DNA from: a bacterium
GTDB lineage: Bacteria; Patescibacteriota; Patescibacteriia; UBA1558; UBA10009
Assembly: GCA_018672055.1 (NCBI GenBank)
Contig: JABHGM010000001.1
Location: forward strand, 608,977-672,976
Reading direction: 5' to 3'
DNA: 64,000 nucleotides
A model generated the notes under the pieces. That model had not been told where the DNA came from. It made no database searches and was given only the letters and a program-made list of their open reading frames with translations. This document shows positions 48,501 to 57,488 of this stretch, in pieces. The first letter of the stretch is position 1; each line of letters starts with the position of its first letter. Both the position numbers and the translations under genes were made by a program.

Positions 48501-49979
48501 TTATTGTAAGTCTTCTTCAATTAACTCAAGTTCTGAAGAACTTCCATTACTTATTGCATCTAAAGTTAAACTTGTAGGATGAATACTAAGTGCTTCAGTT
48601 GATGTTTCAACGATGTAATCCCAGTTATAACCTCTAGAAGTAAATGAATCTCCGTCTTTAATATGATATTTTTTACCTTCAGAAACTACATACACTTTAT
48701 CTTCATCTTTATCTTTAATTAAAGTGTTATCTTTAAATTTAACTGGTGCACCTTTTGGATATTTAGCCAGTTCTTCTGTATGACCTTTCATAACTGTTTG
48801 ATCTGGATAGTTTTCATTTAATATTTCTATAGAAACAATGGGGTATTTAATTCCATTTTTAACATAATAAATACCATTAGTAGTTGCATCTTGTATTAAA
48901 GCACCTGTTGGATAAACACTTTCCAAAGTTAAATCTAAACCTGAATCAAATGAATTTAAATCAGCATATGTTATATCAATAACTTCTTCAGGATTGTATC
49001 CTAGAGTTCTAAAAACTTCAGTTGAAACAATATGTCTTAACTTATCATCAACTAAAAGATATATATTTTGATCAGGGTCAGCTAGTATTGAATATTGAGA
49101 AAATTTAATTTCATTACCTAAGACAAATTCATCAAGCTCTTCTGGAGATACAATAATTATATCTTTAGGATCATATCTAGTAATTAAGGCTGAGAATGAG
49201 GCAAATGGTCTTTTTTCATTATTTTTTATTAAATATACTTTGTCACTATTACTTGCTTTTAAAAGAGTACCATTTGGTCTAAAAGTAGTTACTTCAAACC
49301 AATTATTCCATATCTTCCAAAAATTATAGTTTGCTCCAATCCTATATCCATCCATTACTGTATTTCCTTGATATGGATTATATGTATAAAGAGCTGCAGT
49401 AGCTTTTGTTTGAGGAGTTATGTCTTGCAAATCTTGAGATGTTTTTGGTAAACCAACACACCATTTAGTAAAGGTACAATTATAATTTGCTTTATGCATA
49501 CCTTTAACATTTAGATCATCAAAGTAATTTCTAAATCTTCTAGCTGCTGCATTAACTTGTTGAGAAAATCCCTTATACTTATCTAAACAAACTCCACCAT
49601 AACAACTATATCCTGTTGCCCAGTTTAATTGATTATCTGAAGGATCATTTTCGGTTACTAAACTTTGTTCTTTTTGTAAAAGGGCTAGTATAAATTTAGG
49701 ATTAATTTGATTTACTTGAGCCGCTTGCCAAATAACATAATAGGCGGATAACCTAGTTGTAGGATCAACATAAGTATCTAAAACACCACCCTTATCTTCA
49801 GTAAAGTCTCTTACTTCTTCAATAGACATTGAAGTGTAATCAATCATTTCATCATCAGATATAAGGTAGTTTTTATTAAAATCAGGATTGTCTTCATATG
49901 AAGTAACAATCCCTACTAATGTATTAAAAGGCATTAAGCCAATTAGTAGTGCAATTACTATTATTTGTTTATATTTCAT
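48501..49979 (-). CDS. Secreted protein: putative lysozyme-like N-terminal domain plus four beta-rich repeats
   Basis: Signal peptide; INPKFILALLQKEQSL, ATAALYTYNP; repeats of GTLLK...VYLI...KR type. Confidence 0.75.
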   Translation of the reverse strand: MKYKQIIVIALLIGLMPFNTLVGIVTSYEDNPDFNKNYLISDDEMIDYTSMSIEEVRDFTEDKGGVLDTYVDPTTRLSAYYVIWQAAQVNQINPKFILALLQKEQSLVTENDPSDNQLNWATGYSCYGGVCLDKYKGFSQQVNAAARRFRNYFDDLNVKGMHKANYNCTFTKWCVGLPKTSQDLQDITPQTKATAALYTYNPYQGNTVMDGYRIGANYNFWKIWNNWFEVTTFRPNGTLLKASNSDKVYLIKNNEKRPFASFSALITRYDPKDIIIVSPEELDEFVLGNEIKFSQYSILADPDQNIYLLVDDKLRHIVSTEVFRTLGYNPEEVIDITYADLNSFDSGLDLTLESVYPTGALIQDATTNGIYYVKNGIKYPIVSIEILNENYPDQTVMKGHTEELAKYPKGAPVKFKDNTLIKDKDEDKVYVVSEGKKYHIKDGDSFTSRGYNWDYIVETSTEALSIHPTSLTLDAISNGSSSELELIEEDLQ

Positions 49980-50152
49980 ATATATTATTATATCAATTAT
50001 TATATATATTTCATAGCTATTTATATCCACATTCACTATTTATTATGACGATTCTAATATATCAATATTTCAATTTATATAGATAGTATAAATAACTACT
50101 AGTAAATTATATCATTGATAATCTAGTCTAAAAATGTTAAAATGAGCATAAT

Positions 50153-50953
50153 ATGTTAGTAGATATATTAGGAGTGAAAGTTAATAATATGTCATATAGT
50201 AACACCTTAAATGAAATAAGGAGTTATTTTAGTTTAAATAATAAAGAATATATAGTAACAGCTAATCCTGAGATAATTTTACATGCTTTAAATGATGTTA
50301 AGTATCAAGAAATAGTAAATAAAGCATCATTAGTTACAGCTGATGGAATAGGTATACTATGGGCTGCTAAGTTTTTAAAACTTAAAAGTAATTCATATAT
50401 TAAATCAATTTTTCAGATAATTTACACTGGCGTATTATTAATTATCAATCCTAAATATTTTACTAATATTTTTCCTGAAAGAATAACTGGTGTTGATTTA
50501 ATGCAAAAGATTTGCAAGGAGGCAAATAAAAATTCTTGGAAAATATATTTACTTGGCGGAGAAGAGGGAGTTGCTAAAAAAACTGCTAGTAAATTACAAA
50601 GAAGGTATAAAGATTTAAAAATAGTTGGTTTTGAACAAGAACCAGATAATAAAACTATTAATAGAATAAATGAATCTAAAGTAGATATATTATTTGTAGC
50701 TTTCGGCGCTCCTAAACAAGAATTTTGGATTGATAAGAATTTAAATGATTTAAATATTAAATTAGCTATGGGAGTAGGTGGCGCTTTTGATTTCATATCA
50801 GGTAAAGCTAAAAGAGCTCCTCAAATATATTTAGATTTAAATATCGAATGGCTATTTCGTTTAATAAATGAGCCATGGAGATTTATACGAATATTTAATG
50901 CTACCTTTCGATTTATATATATAATTACAAAATTTAAACATCAAATGAAATAA
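50153..50953 (+). CDS. WecB/TagA/CpsF family glycosyltransferase
   Basis: TANPE, ADG.G, RITGVDL, GAPKQE, GVGGAFD, EWLFRL..EP.R. Confidence 0.93.
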   Translation: MLVDILGVKVNNMSYSNTLNEIRSYFSLNNKEYIVTANPEIILHALNDVKYQEIVNKASLVTADGIGILWAAKFLKLKSNSYIKSIFQIIYTGVLLIINPKYFTNIFPERITGVDLMQKICKEANKNSWKIYLLGGEEGVAKKTASKLQRRYKDLKIVGFEQEPDNKTINRINESKVDILFVAFGAPKQEFWIDKNLNDLNIKLAMGVGGAFDFISGKAKRAPQIYLDLNIEWLFRLINEPWRFIRIFNATFRFIYIITKFKHQMK

Positions 50954-52414
50954 ATGTTAAGAAAAAAAGTTAAAACTAGATTTGCTCCTTCACCAACTGG
51001 TTATTTACACATTGGTGGTCTTCGTAGTGCTCTCTACGCATATCTTTTTGCAAAACAAAATAAAGGTAAATTTATCTTAAGAATAGAAGATACTGACAGA
51101 TCTAGATATGTAGAAGGTGCTGAGATTCAGATAATGAACTCATTATCAAAAATAGGTTTAAAATGGGATGAAGGCCCTTACCTTAATAATGACAGCAAAA
51201 TCAAAGAAAAAGGTCAAAATGGGCCATATTTTCAGTCTAAAAGGCTTAAAATATATGGTAAATATGTTGATATGTTACTTAAATCAGATAATGCCTATCA
51301 TTGTTTTTGTTCTGAAGAAAGACTTAAGAAATTAAGAGAAGAACAAAAGAATAATAATCAGCCAACTAAGTATGATGGTAGTTGTAGAAGCTTACCAAAA
51401 AAAGAAGTTGCTAAGAAATTAAGTAATAATGAAGAGTATGTTATACGTTTGAAAGTACCAGATAAAGGAGAAATTAAATTTAAAGATATAATTAGAGGTC
51501 AAGTAAAATTTCAAATGGAAGACATTGATGATCAAGTTATTTTAAAATCAGATGGTTTTCCTACGTATCACTTAGCAGTAGTTGTAGATGATAATTTAAT
51601 GGACATTACTCATGTTATACGTGGTGAAGAATGGATATCTTCAACACCAAAACATATCTTGATATATAAGGCACTTGGTTGGGAAATACCAGAATTCGCT
51701 CATTTGCCATTACTTTTAAATAAAGATAGATCTAAGCTCTCTAAAAGACAAGGAGATGTTGCAGTAGAAGATTATTTTAATAAAGGATATTTAGTTGAAG
51801 CATTATTAAACTATATTGCTTTACTTGGTTGGCATCCTAGTGATGATAAGGAAATATTTAGTTTAAAAGAATTAATTAAGAATTTTGAATTAAAACGTGT
51901 TCAAAAAGCTGGTGCTATCTTTGATGTAAATAAATTAAATTGGTTTAATTGTCATTATATCTCAAATAAGAGTGAAAAAGAGATAATTAAATTAGCAGAT
52001 AAATATTTACCTGACATTGATCACAAATTATTAATTAAAATATTGAGATTAGAAAAAAAACGTTTAGAAACTCTAGATCAAATAGGGGATATATGTAGTA
52101 TATTTCTAGGTATAGTTGATTATGATCCAGAAATATTAATATTTAAAAAGAGTAATAAGGAAGATACTTTTAAAGCTTTAAATTTAGTAAATGATGAATT
52201 AGTAAAGTATAAGAAATGGAAACAGGATAAATTACTTAAAGTATTAACTAGTTTAGTAAAAGATAATAACTTAAAAAATGGCGATCTATTTTGGCCACTA
52301 CGCGTAAGTTTAAGTGGTCAAGAAAAAAGTCCACCACCTGAAGAAATAATGGAAATAATTGGCAAAGAAGAATCATTGAATAGAATAAATAAAGCTCTAG
52401 CTAAATTAAAATGA
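50954..52414 (+). CDS. gltX: Glutamate--tRNA ligase
   Basis: RFAPSPTGYLHIGG, RIEDTD, KLSKR. Confidence 0.97.
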   Translation: MLRKKVKTRFAPSPTGYLHIGGLRSALYAYLFAKQNKGKFILRIEDTDRSRYVEGAEIQIMNSLSKIGLKWDEGPYLNNDSKIKEKGQNGPYFQSKRLKIYGKYVDMLLKSDNAYHCFCSEERLKKLREEQKNNNQPTKYDGSCRSLPKKEVAKKLSNNEEYVIRLKVPDKGEIKFKDIIRGQVKFQMEDIDDQVILKSDGFPTYHLAVVVDDNLMDITHVIRGEEWISSTPKHILIYKALGWEIPEFAHLPLLLNKDRSKLSKRQGDVAVEDYFNKGYLVEALLNYIALLGWHPSDDKEIFSLKELIKNFELKRVQKAGAIFDVNKLNWFNCHYISNKSEKEIIKLADKYLPDIDHKLLIKILRLEKKRLETLDQIGDICSIFLGIVDYDPEILIFKKSNKEDTFKALNLVNDELVKYKKWKQDKLLKVLTSLVKDNNLKNGDLFWPLRVSLSGQEKSPPPEEIMEIIGKEESLNRINKALAKLK

Positions 52415-53643
52415 ATAAATTAATCTATACATTACTATTATTAAGTTTAATACCTTTAACTTTACTAGCTCAAAATAGTGAAGAAGGAGGTAATCTTATT
52501 GAAGCTTTTGATCCTGAAATTCAAAGGATAAAAGATAGTATCCAAACAAGCCAAGATCAAATTAATGAGCTACAAAAGCAACGAAAAACATATGAGGAGA
52601 ATTTAAAGATTAAAAGGCAACAAATTAATACTTTAAAGAATCAAATAGGTATTTTAGATGATTCAATTGCTAAGCTTGTTTTAGAAGTTCAAACTACTGA
52701 ATTACAAATAGAACAAAGTAATTTAGAGATTCAAAATATTGAACTACAAATAGGTCATAAAGAAGATGAAATAGATAATCAACAAAGTAAAATATCAAAA
52801 GTACTAAATACCATAAATAAGAATAGTAGAAAAAAGAATAATTTAGAAATACTAATTTTAGAAGGTAATTTAGGTAACTTTTTTAATGAAATTAATCAAT
52901 TACAGTCATTAGAAAATACTTTAAGTGTAGAACTTACAGGTTTAAATGACTTAAAAGATGATTTAATAAATAAAGGCAAAGCTTTAAATACAAGAAAAGA
53001 ACAACTAAGTAATTTACATGATAAATTATTAAGTAACCAAGAAAGAAAATTAGCTGATCAATATGTTAAAGGCAATTTACTAGATCAGACTCAAGGCCAA
53101 GAAGAATCTTTTCAAAGCTTATTATCTCAAGTTAAAGCAGAACAAGCTGGTATAGAAGCAGAAATTCAAAATTTAGAGATAGCTGCAAGACGTAGGTTAT
53201 TAGAAACAGAAGGCATTCTACCAAATGATGATGAATTTATTTGGCCAGTACCTTCAAGAAAAGTTACTGCATATTTTCATGATCCAGATTACCCATATAG
53301 ATATATTTTTGAACATCCAGCAATTGATGTAGGGGATACACCACAAGGTACACCAATTAGAGCATCTAGATCTGGATATGTTGCAACAGTTAGATTTACG
53401 CCCGGATCAAGTGCTTATGGCTATATATTATTAGTTCATCCAGGTGGCTTATCTACGGTCTATGGACATATTAGTAAACCTTATGTTGAAGAAGATAATT
53501 TTGTAGTTCAAGGTGAAGTTATTGCTTTATCTGGTGGAGGACCAGGTACATCAGGAGCTGGTAGGCTAACTACTGCACCCCATCTACATTTTGAAACTAG
53601 ATTAAATGGTATACCAGTTAACCCATTAAATTATTTACCTTAA
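52411..53643 (+). CDS. Coiled-coil M23 family peptidoglycan endopeptidase
   Basis: Signal peptide, long coiled coil, HPAID and PHLHFE zinc motifs intact. Confidence 0.9.
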   Translation: MNKLIYTLLLLSLIPLTLLAQNSEEGGNLIEAFDPEIQRIKDSIQTSQDQINELQKQRKTYEENLKIKRQQINTLKNQIGILDDSIAKLVLEVQTTELQIEQSNLEIQNIELQIGHKEDEIDNQQSKISKVLNTINKNSRKKNNLEILILEGNLGNFFNEINQLQSLENTLSVELTGLNDLKDDLINKGKALNTRKEQLSNLHDKLLSNQERKLADQYVKGNLLDQTQGQEESFQSLLSQVKAEQAGIEAEIQNLEIAARRRLLETEGILPNDDEFIWPVPSRKVTAYFHDPDYPYRYIFEHPAIDVGDTPQGTPIRASRSGYVATVRFTPGSSAYGYILLVHPGGLSTVYGHISKPYVEEDNFVVQGEVIALSGGGPGTSGAGRLTTAPHLHFETRLNGIPVNPLNYLP

Positions 53644-53664
53644 TTAATAATTAAATATAAATTT

Positions 53665-53874
53665 ATGGAAGACACAAATCAACCAGCAGTAGAAAAAAAG
53701 AGTATGTGCGGAAAGATGAGTTTTTGCTGTTGTAAAGCATTTTTAGCTGCTTTAATTATTGTATTTGTCTGGTGGTGGACACCATCATGGGCAAATATTG
53801 CTATTACTGTTCTAGCTGCTTTAATAATAATTGGTTCAGGTACTTGCGGCTGTAAGAAGAATAAGAATTGCTAA
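53665..53874 (+). CDS. Small cysteine-rich two-TM protein
   Basis: 69 aa; MCG..FCCC before and CGC.....C after a TM hairpin; terminator at about 53885-53917. Confidence 0.7.
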   Translation: MEDTNQPAVEKKSMCGKMSFCCCKAFLAALIIVFVWWWTPSWANIAITVLAALIIIGSGTCGCKKNKNC

Positions 53875-53910
53875 TAGTAATTTAAAAAAGAGTTAAGTAA
53901 AAATTAGCTC

Positions 53911-53944
53911 TTTTTTTATTATCTATTATATTGCTTGACTTAAA
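53911..53944 (+). repeat. Cassette junction/promoter repeat, family B copy 1 (short)
   Basis: 31/34 identical to 55011-55044; contains TTGACT -35. Confidence 0.8.
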
Positions 53945-53992
53945 TTGAATAATTCATTAAAGTAGTTGTAATAATTAAAAAAGGAGTAAGTC

Positions 53993-54433
53993 TTGAATAT
54001 AAAAGAAGTAATTGAAATAGCTAAATCAATTAAGCTAGGGGAGGAACGTACTTTTAATCTAGATAATGATTTAGATGTAATGGGAAGAGAAAAAATATTT
54101 TTTCAGCTTTCAAAAAATGGTACAGCAAAAACTTATTATGTTGGCGGAACTGGAAAAGAGTTGACTTTAAAATGTATTTCTCTAGATATTAAAATCGGTG
54201 ATTATTGGCTATTAGATTGTAATTCTCTTGTTTTCGTAATTGAGATCCTTCAATTCAATTCAGGATATAAATGCAATATAATAAGTGGAGTAAAATTTGA
54301 AGAGCAATATATTTGTTTGAAAGAAGCCTATGTGTCAGAAAATCATTTTATAGAAAAACTTAGTACTTACAAAGCTAGAGAAATTTTAAATAGTAAACAG
54401 GAACAAATAAAAAAAGATTTATTTGAACTATAA
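53993..54433 (+). CDS. Orphan hypothetical protein (TTG start)
   Basis: SD aaggag; own terminator at about 54447-54480. Confidence 0.7.
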   Translation: MNIKEVIEIAKSIKLGEERTFNLDNDLDVMGREKIFFQLSKNGTAKTYYVGGTGKELTLKCISLDIKIGDYWLLDCNSLVFVIEILQFNSGYKCNIISGVKFEEQYICLKEAYVSENHFIEKLSTYKAREILNSKQEQIKKDLFEL

Positions 54434-54500
54434 AAAAGTTTAAGTATAAGGATTCCGTGTAAAAACAGGATCCTTATTTTATTAAATAAAGTATTATATA

Positions 54501-54575
54501 TCTATTATATTGCTTGACATTAACTATCAGTATGGTAAGTTGTAAAGTCAGTAAATTTACTGATAAACGAACTTT
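54501..54575 (+). promoter_or_regulatory. Promoter/leader repeat, family B copy 2, with palindrome tcagtaaatttactga
   Basis: 66/75 identical to 55022-55096. Confidence 0.85.
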
Positions 54576-54590
54576 AAAAGGGGGATTGAA

Positions 54591-54977
54591 ATGAGAAATT
54601 ATTTAAAGATTGCAATATTTCCGTTTGCACTTATTCTTTCAATATTTTTTATAAATATTACTTTAAAGGGTAATTATTTTGTAGCAGTATTGAGTATTTT
54701 ATTAGGCGTAGTAGCTTTTAATAGATTTAAAATCTATATTTCAAAGCCTTCATTTCTAATAGATTATATAGTTGTTATCTTAATAGCATTTGCTGCTCAA
54801 GTAAGTCATAATCCAACAGTAAGTATGTTTTCTACATTTTTTGCCATCGGTTTTACAACTTTTGGAACATATCTAATGTTTAATCTAAAATATCCAACTG
54901 AGCAATTTAAACATATTTTCCTATTGATGATATCGGCTACACTAACATTAATGGTAGTATTATTTAAAACTTTCTAG
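54591..54977 (+). CDS. Multi-TM membrane protein, family B paralogue 1
   Basis: M.N......FP..LIL..F..NI.LK.N, FAAQ, T.G.YL shared with 55114; SD ggggg. Confidence 0.8.
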   Translation: MRNYLKIAIFPFALILSIFFINITLKGNYFVAVLSILLGVVAFNRFKIYISKPSFLIDYIVVILIAFAAQVSHNPTVSMFSTFFAIGFTTFGTYLMFNLKYPTEQFKHIFLLMISATLTLMVVLFKTF

Positions 54978-55021
54978 TTACTACTTAAAGAGTGGACTTA
55001 ACCTTCACTCTTTTTTAATTA

Positions 55022-55096
55022 TCCATTATATTACTTGACTTAAACTATCAGTATGGTATATTGTAACGTCAGTAAAATTACTGATAAATGAACTTT
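55022..55096 (+). promoter_or_regulatory. Promoter/leader repeat, family B copy 3
   Basis: TTGACT-16-TATATT with TG extension; tcagtaaaattactga palindrome. Confidence 0.85.
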
Positions 55097-55113
55097 CTAA
55101 TAAGGAGAGAGAG

Positions 55114-55506
55114 ATGAAAAATATAATTAGACTTACAGTGTTTCCAACTGTCTTAATATTAGCAGTATTTATTCTAAATATCGTTTTAAAGAGTAACCTG
55201 ACAGTGGGAATTATTAGCGCTGTAGTAGTATGTGCGTTGTTTATTCTATTTTACTTACATGAACCTCTTGGTATAGTTGCATTACATTGTGTAGCAGTTA
55301 TTTTCGCAGTAGCCGCAGCTCAATCAATTGATGATACTATTGCAAGGGCAGTTACTGCGGTATTGGCTTCAGTTTTAGTAACTTGCGGATCTTATCTAGT
55401 TTTAGTTGATGACTATACAATGCCAATAAAAAATTATTACATATCTCTAACTATACAATTTGTAGTAACATTATTACCAATGTTATTTATAATATTATGG
55501 CTATAG
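55114..55506 (+). CDS. Multi-TM membrane protein, family B paralogue 2
   Basis: Paralogue of 54591-54977; SD aaggag; terminator at about 55523-55556. Confidence 0.8.
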   Translation: MKNIIRLTVFPTVLILAVFILNIVLKSNLTVGIISAVVVCALFILFYLHEPLGIVALHCVAVIFAVAAAQSIDDTIARAVTAVLASVLVTCGSYLVLVDDYTMPIKNYYISLTIQFVVTLLPMLFIILWL

Positions 55507-55554
55507 GAGTAATAAAATTATTAAAAGGGCGGAGTTTATTCTTCACCCTTTTTT

Positions 55555-56517
55555 TTATTCATTTAAATCTTTTCCGCTATGGAATTTACTATGTATGTCT
55601 TTTAATTTTTTTGAAACTACGTGAGTATATATTTGAGTTGTAGCAATACTTTTATGGCCTAAGAATTCTTGTACTGTTCTAATATCTACGCCTTTTTCTA
55701 ATAGATCAGTAGCAAAGCTGTGTCTAAGAGTATGGGGGACAGTATGAGCTGGTATACCAGTTTTTAAAGCATGTTTTTTTACTATACTTTCTATGGATCT
55801 TGTTGTTAAACGTAGGGGAGAGTCCTTTGGTCCGCTGTAACGTATAAATAGCGCTTTATCTGAATCATTTCTCGTGTTTAAATATTTTTTTATACATTCA
55901 ACAGCTCTTGCTGAAATATAGACAGTTCTAGGGACACTTCCCTTGCCAATTACAGAAATTTCTAAACTATCATTTATTTTAGGAATTTTTATTTGTTCTC
56001 GATTTAACGCTGTTAGTTCTGCAACACGAAGTCCTGTTGAAAATAATATTTCTAAAATAGATCTATCTCTTAAACCTACAGTAGTCTTAGTATTAGGGGA
56101 GAGGAGTAATTTTTCTACTTGGTCTAATGACAAGAAGTTAATATTTTTTTCTGTTTTTTGTTTACTTAACTTTATTTTTTCAGCTGGTATTGATTGTATA
56201 TCACGATCTGCAAAAAAATTAAGTATATTACGTAGAGCAATGAGGTAGTGGTTCTGTGTATTTTTAGTTAAAAGCTTATTAGTAGTTTTATTTACTTGTT
56301 TTGATAGATACACCCTATATTGCCAAATATCATTGCTAGTTAGCTCATGAGGCTTTATCTTGTCTTTTTTAACTAGTCTTAACCAAGTAAAGAACTTATT
56401 TAATTGCCTAGTATATGTTTCTTGGCTTCTATTACTAAGACCTTTCTCAATTTCTAAGTATTCTAAGAAATCAGTTAAATACTTAATGATTGGTTTTTTA
56501 CCTTTCTTTAGTGACAT
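55555..56517 (-). CDS. XerC/XerD-family tyrosine recombinase
   Basis: Catalytic R (TGLRVAEL), K (GKG), HTLRHSFAT, LGH, TQIY; N-terminal SAM-like domain. Confidence 0.95.
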   Translation of the reverse strand: MSLKKGKKPIIKYLTDFLEYLEIEKGLSNRSQETYTRQLNKFFTWLRLVKKDKIKPHELTSNDIWQYRVYLSKQVNKTTNKLLTKNTQNHYLIALRNILNFFADRDIQSIPAEKIKLSKQKTEKNINFLSLDQVEKLLLSPNTKTTVGLRDRSILEILFSTGLRVAELTALNREQIKIPKINDSLEISVIGKGSVPRTVYISARAVECIKKYLNTRNDSDKALFIRYSGPKDSPLRLTTRSIESIVKKHALKTGIPAHTVPHTLRHSFATDLLEKGVDIRTVQEFLGHKSIATTQIYTHVVSKKLKDIHSKFHSGKDLNE

Positions 56518-56527
56518 AGTACTTTAG

Positions 56528-56555
56528 ACTTCGATAAACTATTATTATACGAAGT
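56528..56555. promoter_or_regulatory. dif-like 11-6-11 recombinase site in the xer leader
   Basis: ACTTCGATAAA-CTATTA-TTATACGAAGT, 10 bp upstream of the xer ATG. Confidence 0.7.
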
Positions 56556-56622
56556 GTTATTATACCTATATAATATAGTATATTTCTAATTTAATCAAGC
56601 TTCTCTCCTTATTCGAAGGTAA

Positions 56623-57486
56623 TTACTTATATATTACTTGATTTTCTATTCTTAAATTAATGTATTCTATTTGATTTAATCTATCTACATCAATTTTTCT
56701 ATCCTCAATAGATCTTTTTAACTTATGTAATTGATTGTTTAAACTTAATATACTGTTTAGATGTATCTCAAAACCTTGTTTAGTAATAACTTTTAAGTAG
56801 TTAGCTTTAGGACCTGGTATCTTAAATGATTCAATTTCAACTAAAGGTACCTGATATGACTCAAAGTTGTAAAATAATTCAATAATAAGGTCTATTATGT
56901 CCAAATTTATCACTTTTTGACCTATCTCTATATCTGAACTAGATTCATCTTCTAAAACAGGTAAACTTGAATTAACTATGTCTTGAACTTGGATTTCTCT
57001 ATAGATCTCCCCCTCTGCGTTAAATAAAAAATATCTTCCATTGGATAACCAGAAAAAATTTCCACGTCTTTCATTTATTTCAATAAATAATGTATTTGGT
57101 TGGTACTTAGTTATAACTAACTCATCTAATGCATATTTTTCTTGAAAATCATCTTGTAGCCTACTCTTGCTTAAAAAGAAATAATTATTTTGCGGGAAAA
57201 CAAACCAACTATTTTTTTCTATTGATTCATATATTAATTCTTGTAATTCATCCTGTGAAACTTCACTATTACCTGAGAGTATAAAATTATCTATTTTAAA
57301 ATGATTTGAATAGAATAAAAAGTATACTAAGTATAATATGATAACTACGCCTAAATAAAATAAGACTTTACGTCTAAGTCTTGATGACTCTTCGTTTTCA
57401 AAGACATGAGCTCTTTTACTACGTGGCTTATTAAAGTCATGTTTTGATTTTTTTGAGTAACCTGATTTAATATATGTTTTAGACAT
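56623..57486 (-). CDS. ftsQ: Cell division protein FtsQ/DivIB
   Basis: Basic N-terminus, TM, POTRA-like region (GN, P.TL.I.I.ER), YINLR; follows ddl. Confidence 0.82.
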   Translation of the reverse strand: MSKTYIKSGYSKKSKHDFNKPRSKRAHVFENEESSRLRRKVLFYLGVVIILYLVYFLFYSNHFKIDNFILSGNSEVSQDELQELIYESIEKNSWFVFPQNNYFFLSKSRLQDDFQEKYALDELVITKYQPNTLFIEINERRGNFFWLSNGRYFLFNAEGEIYREIQVQDIVNSSLPVLEDESSSDIEIGQKVINLDIIDLIIELFYNFESYQVPLVEIESFKIPGPKANYLKVITKQGFEIHLNSILSLNNQLHKLKRSIEDRKIDVDRLNQIEYINLRIENQVIYK

Positions 57487-57488
57487 AT

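Noticed and set aside
53665-56517. Integron (tyrosine recombinase plus cassette array)
   Set aside because: The recombinase looks Xer-like with no evident IntI insertion, cassettes lie at its 3' end and carry their own promoters, and I found no attC-type RYYYAAC...GTTRRRY structures
56609-56619. TTATTCGAAGG as a second dif-like arm
   Set aside because: No partner arm at 6-bp spacing; probably chance or part of a small hairpin
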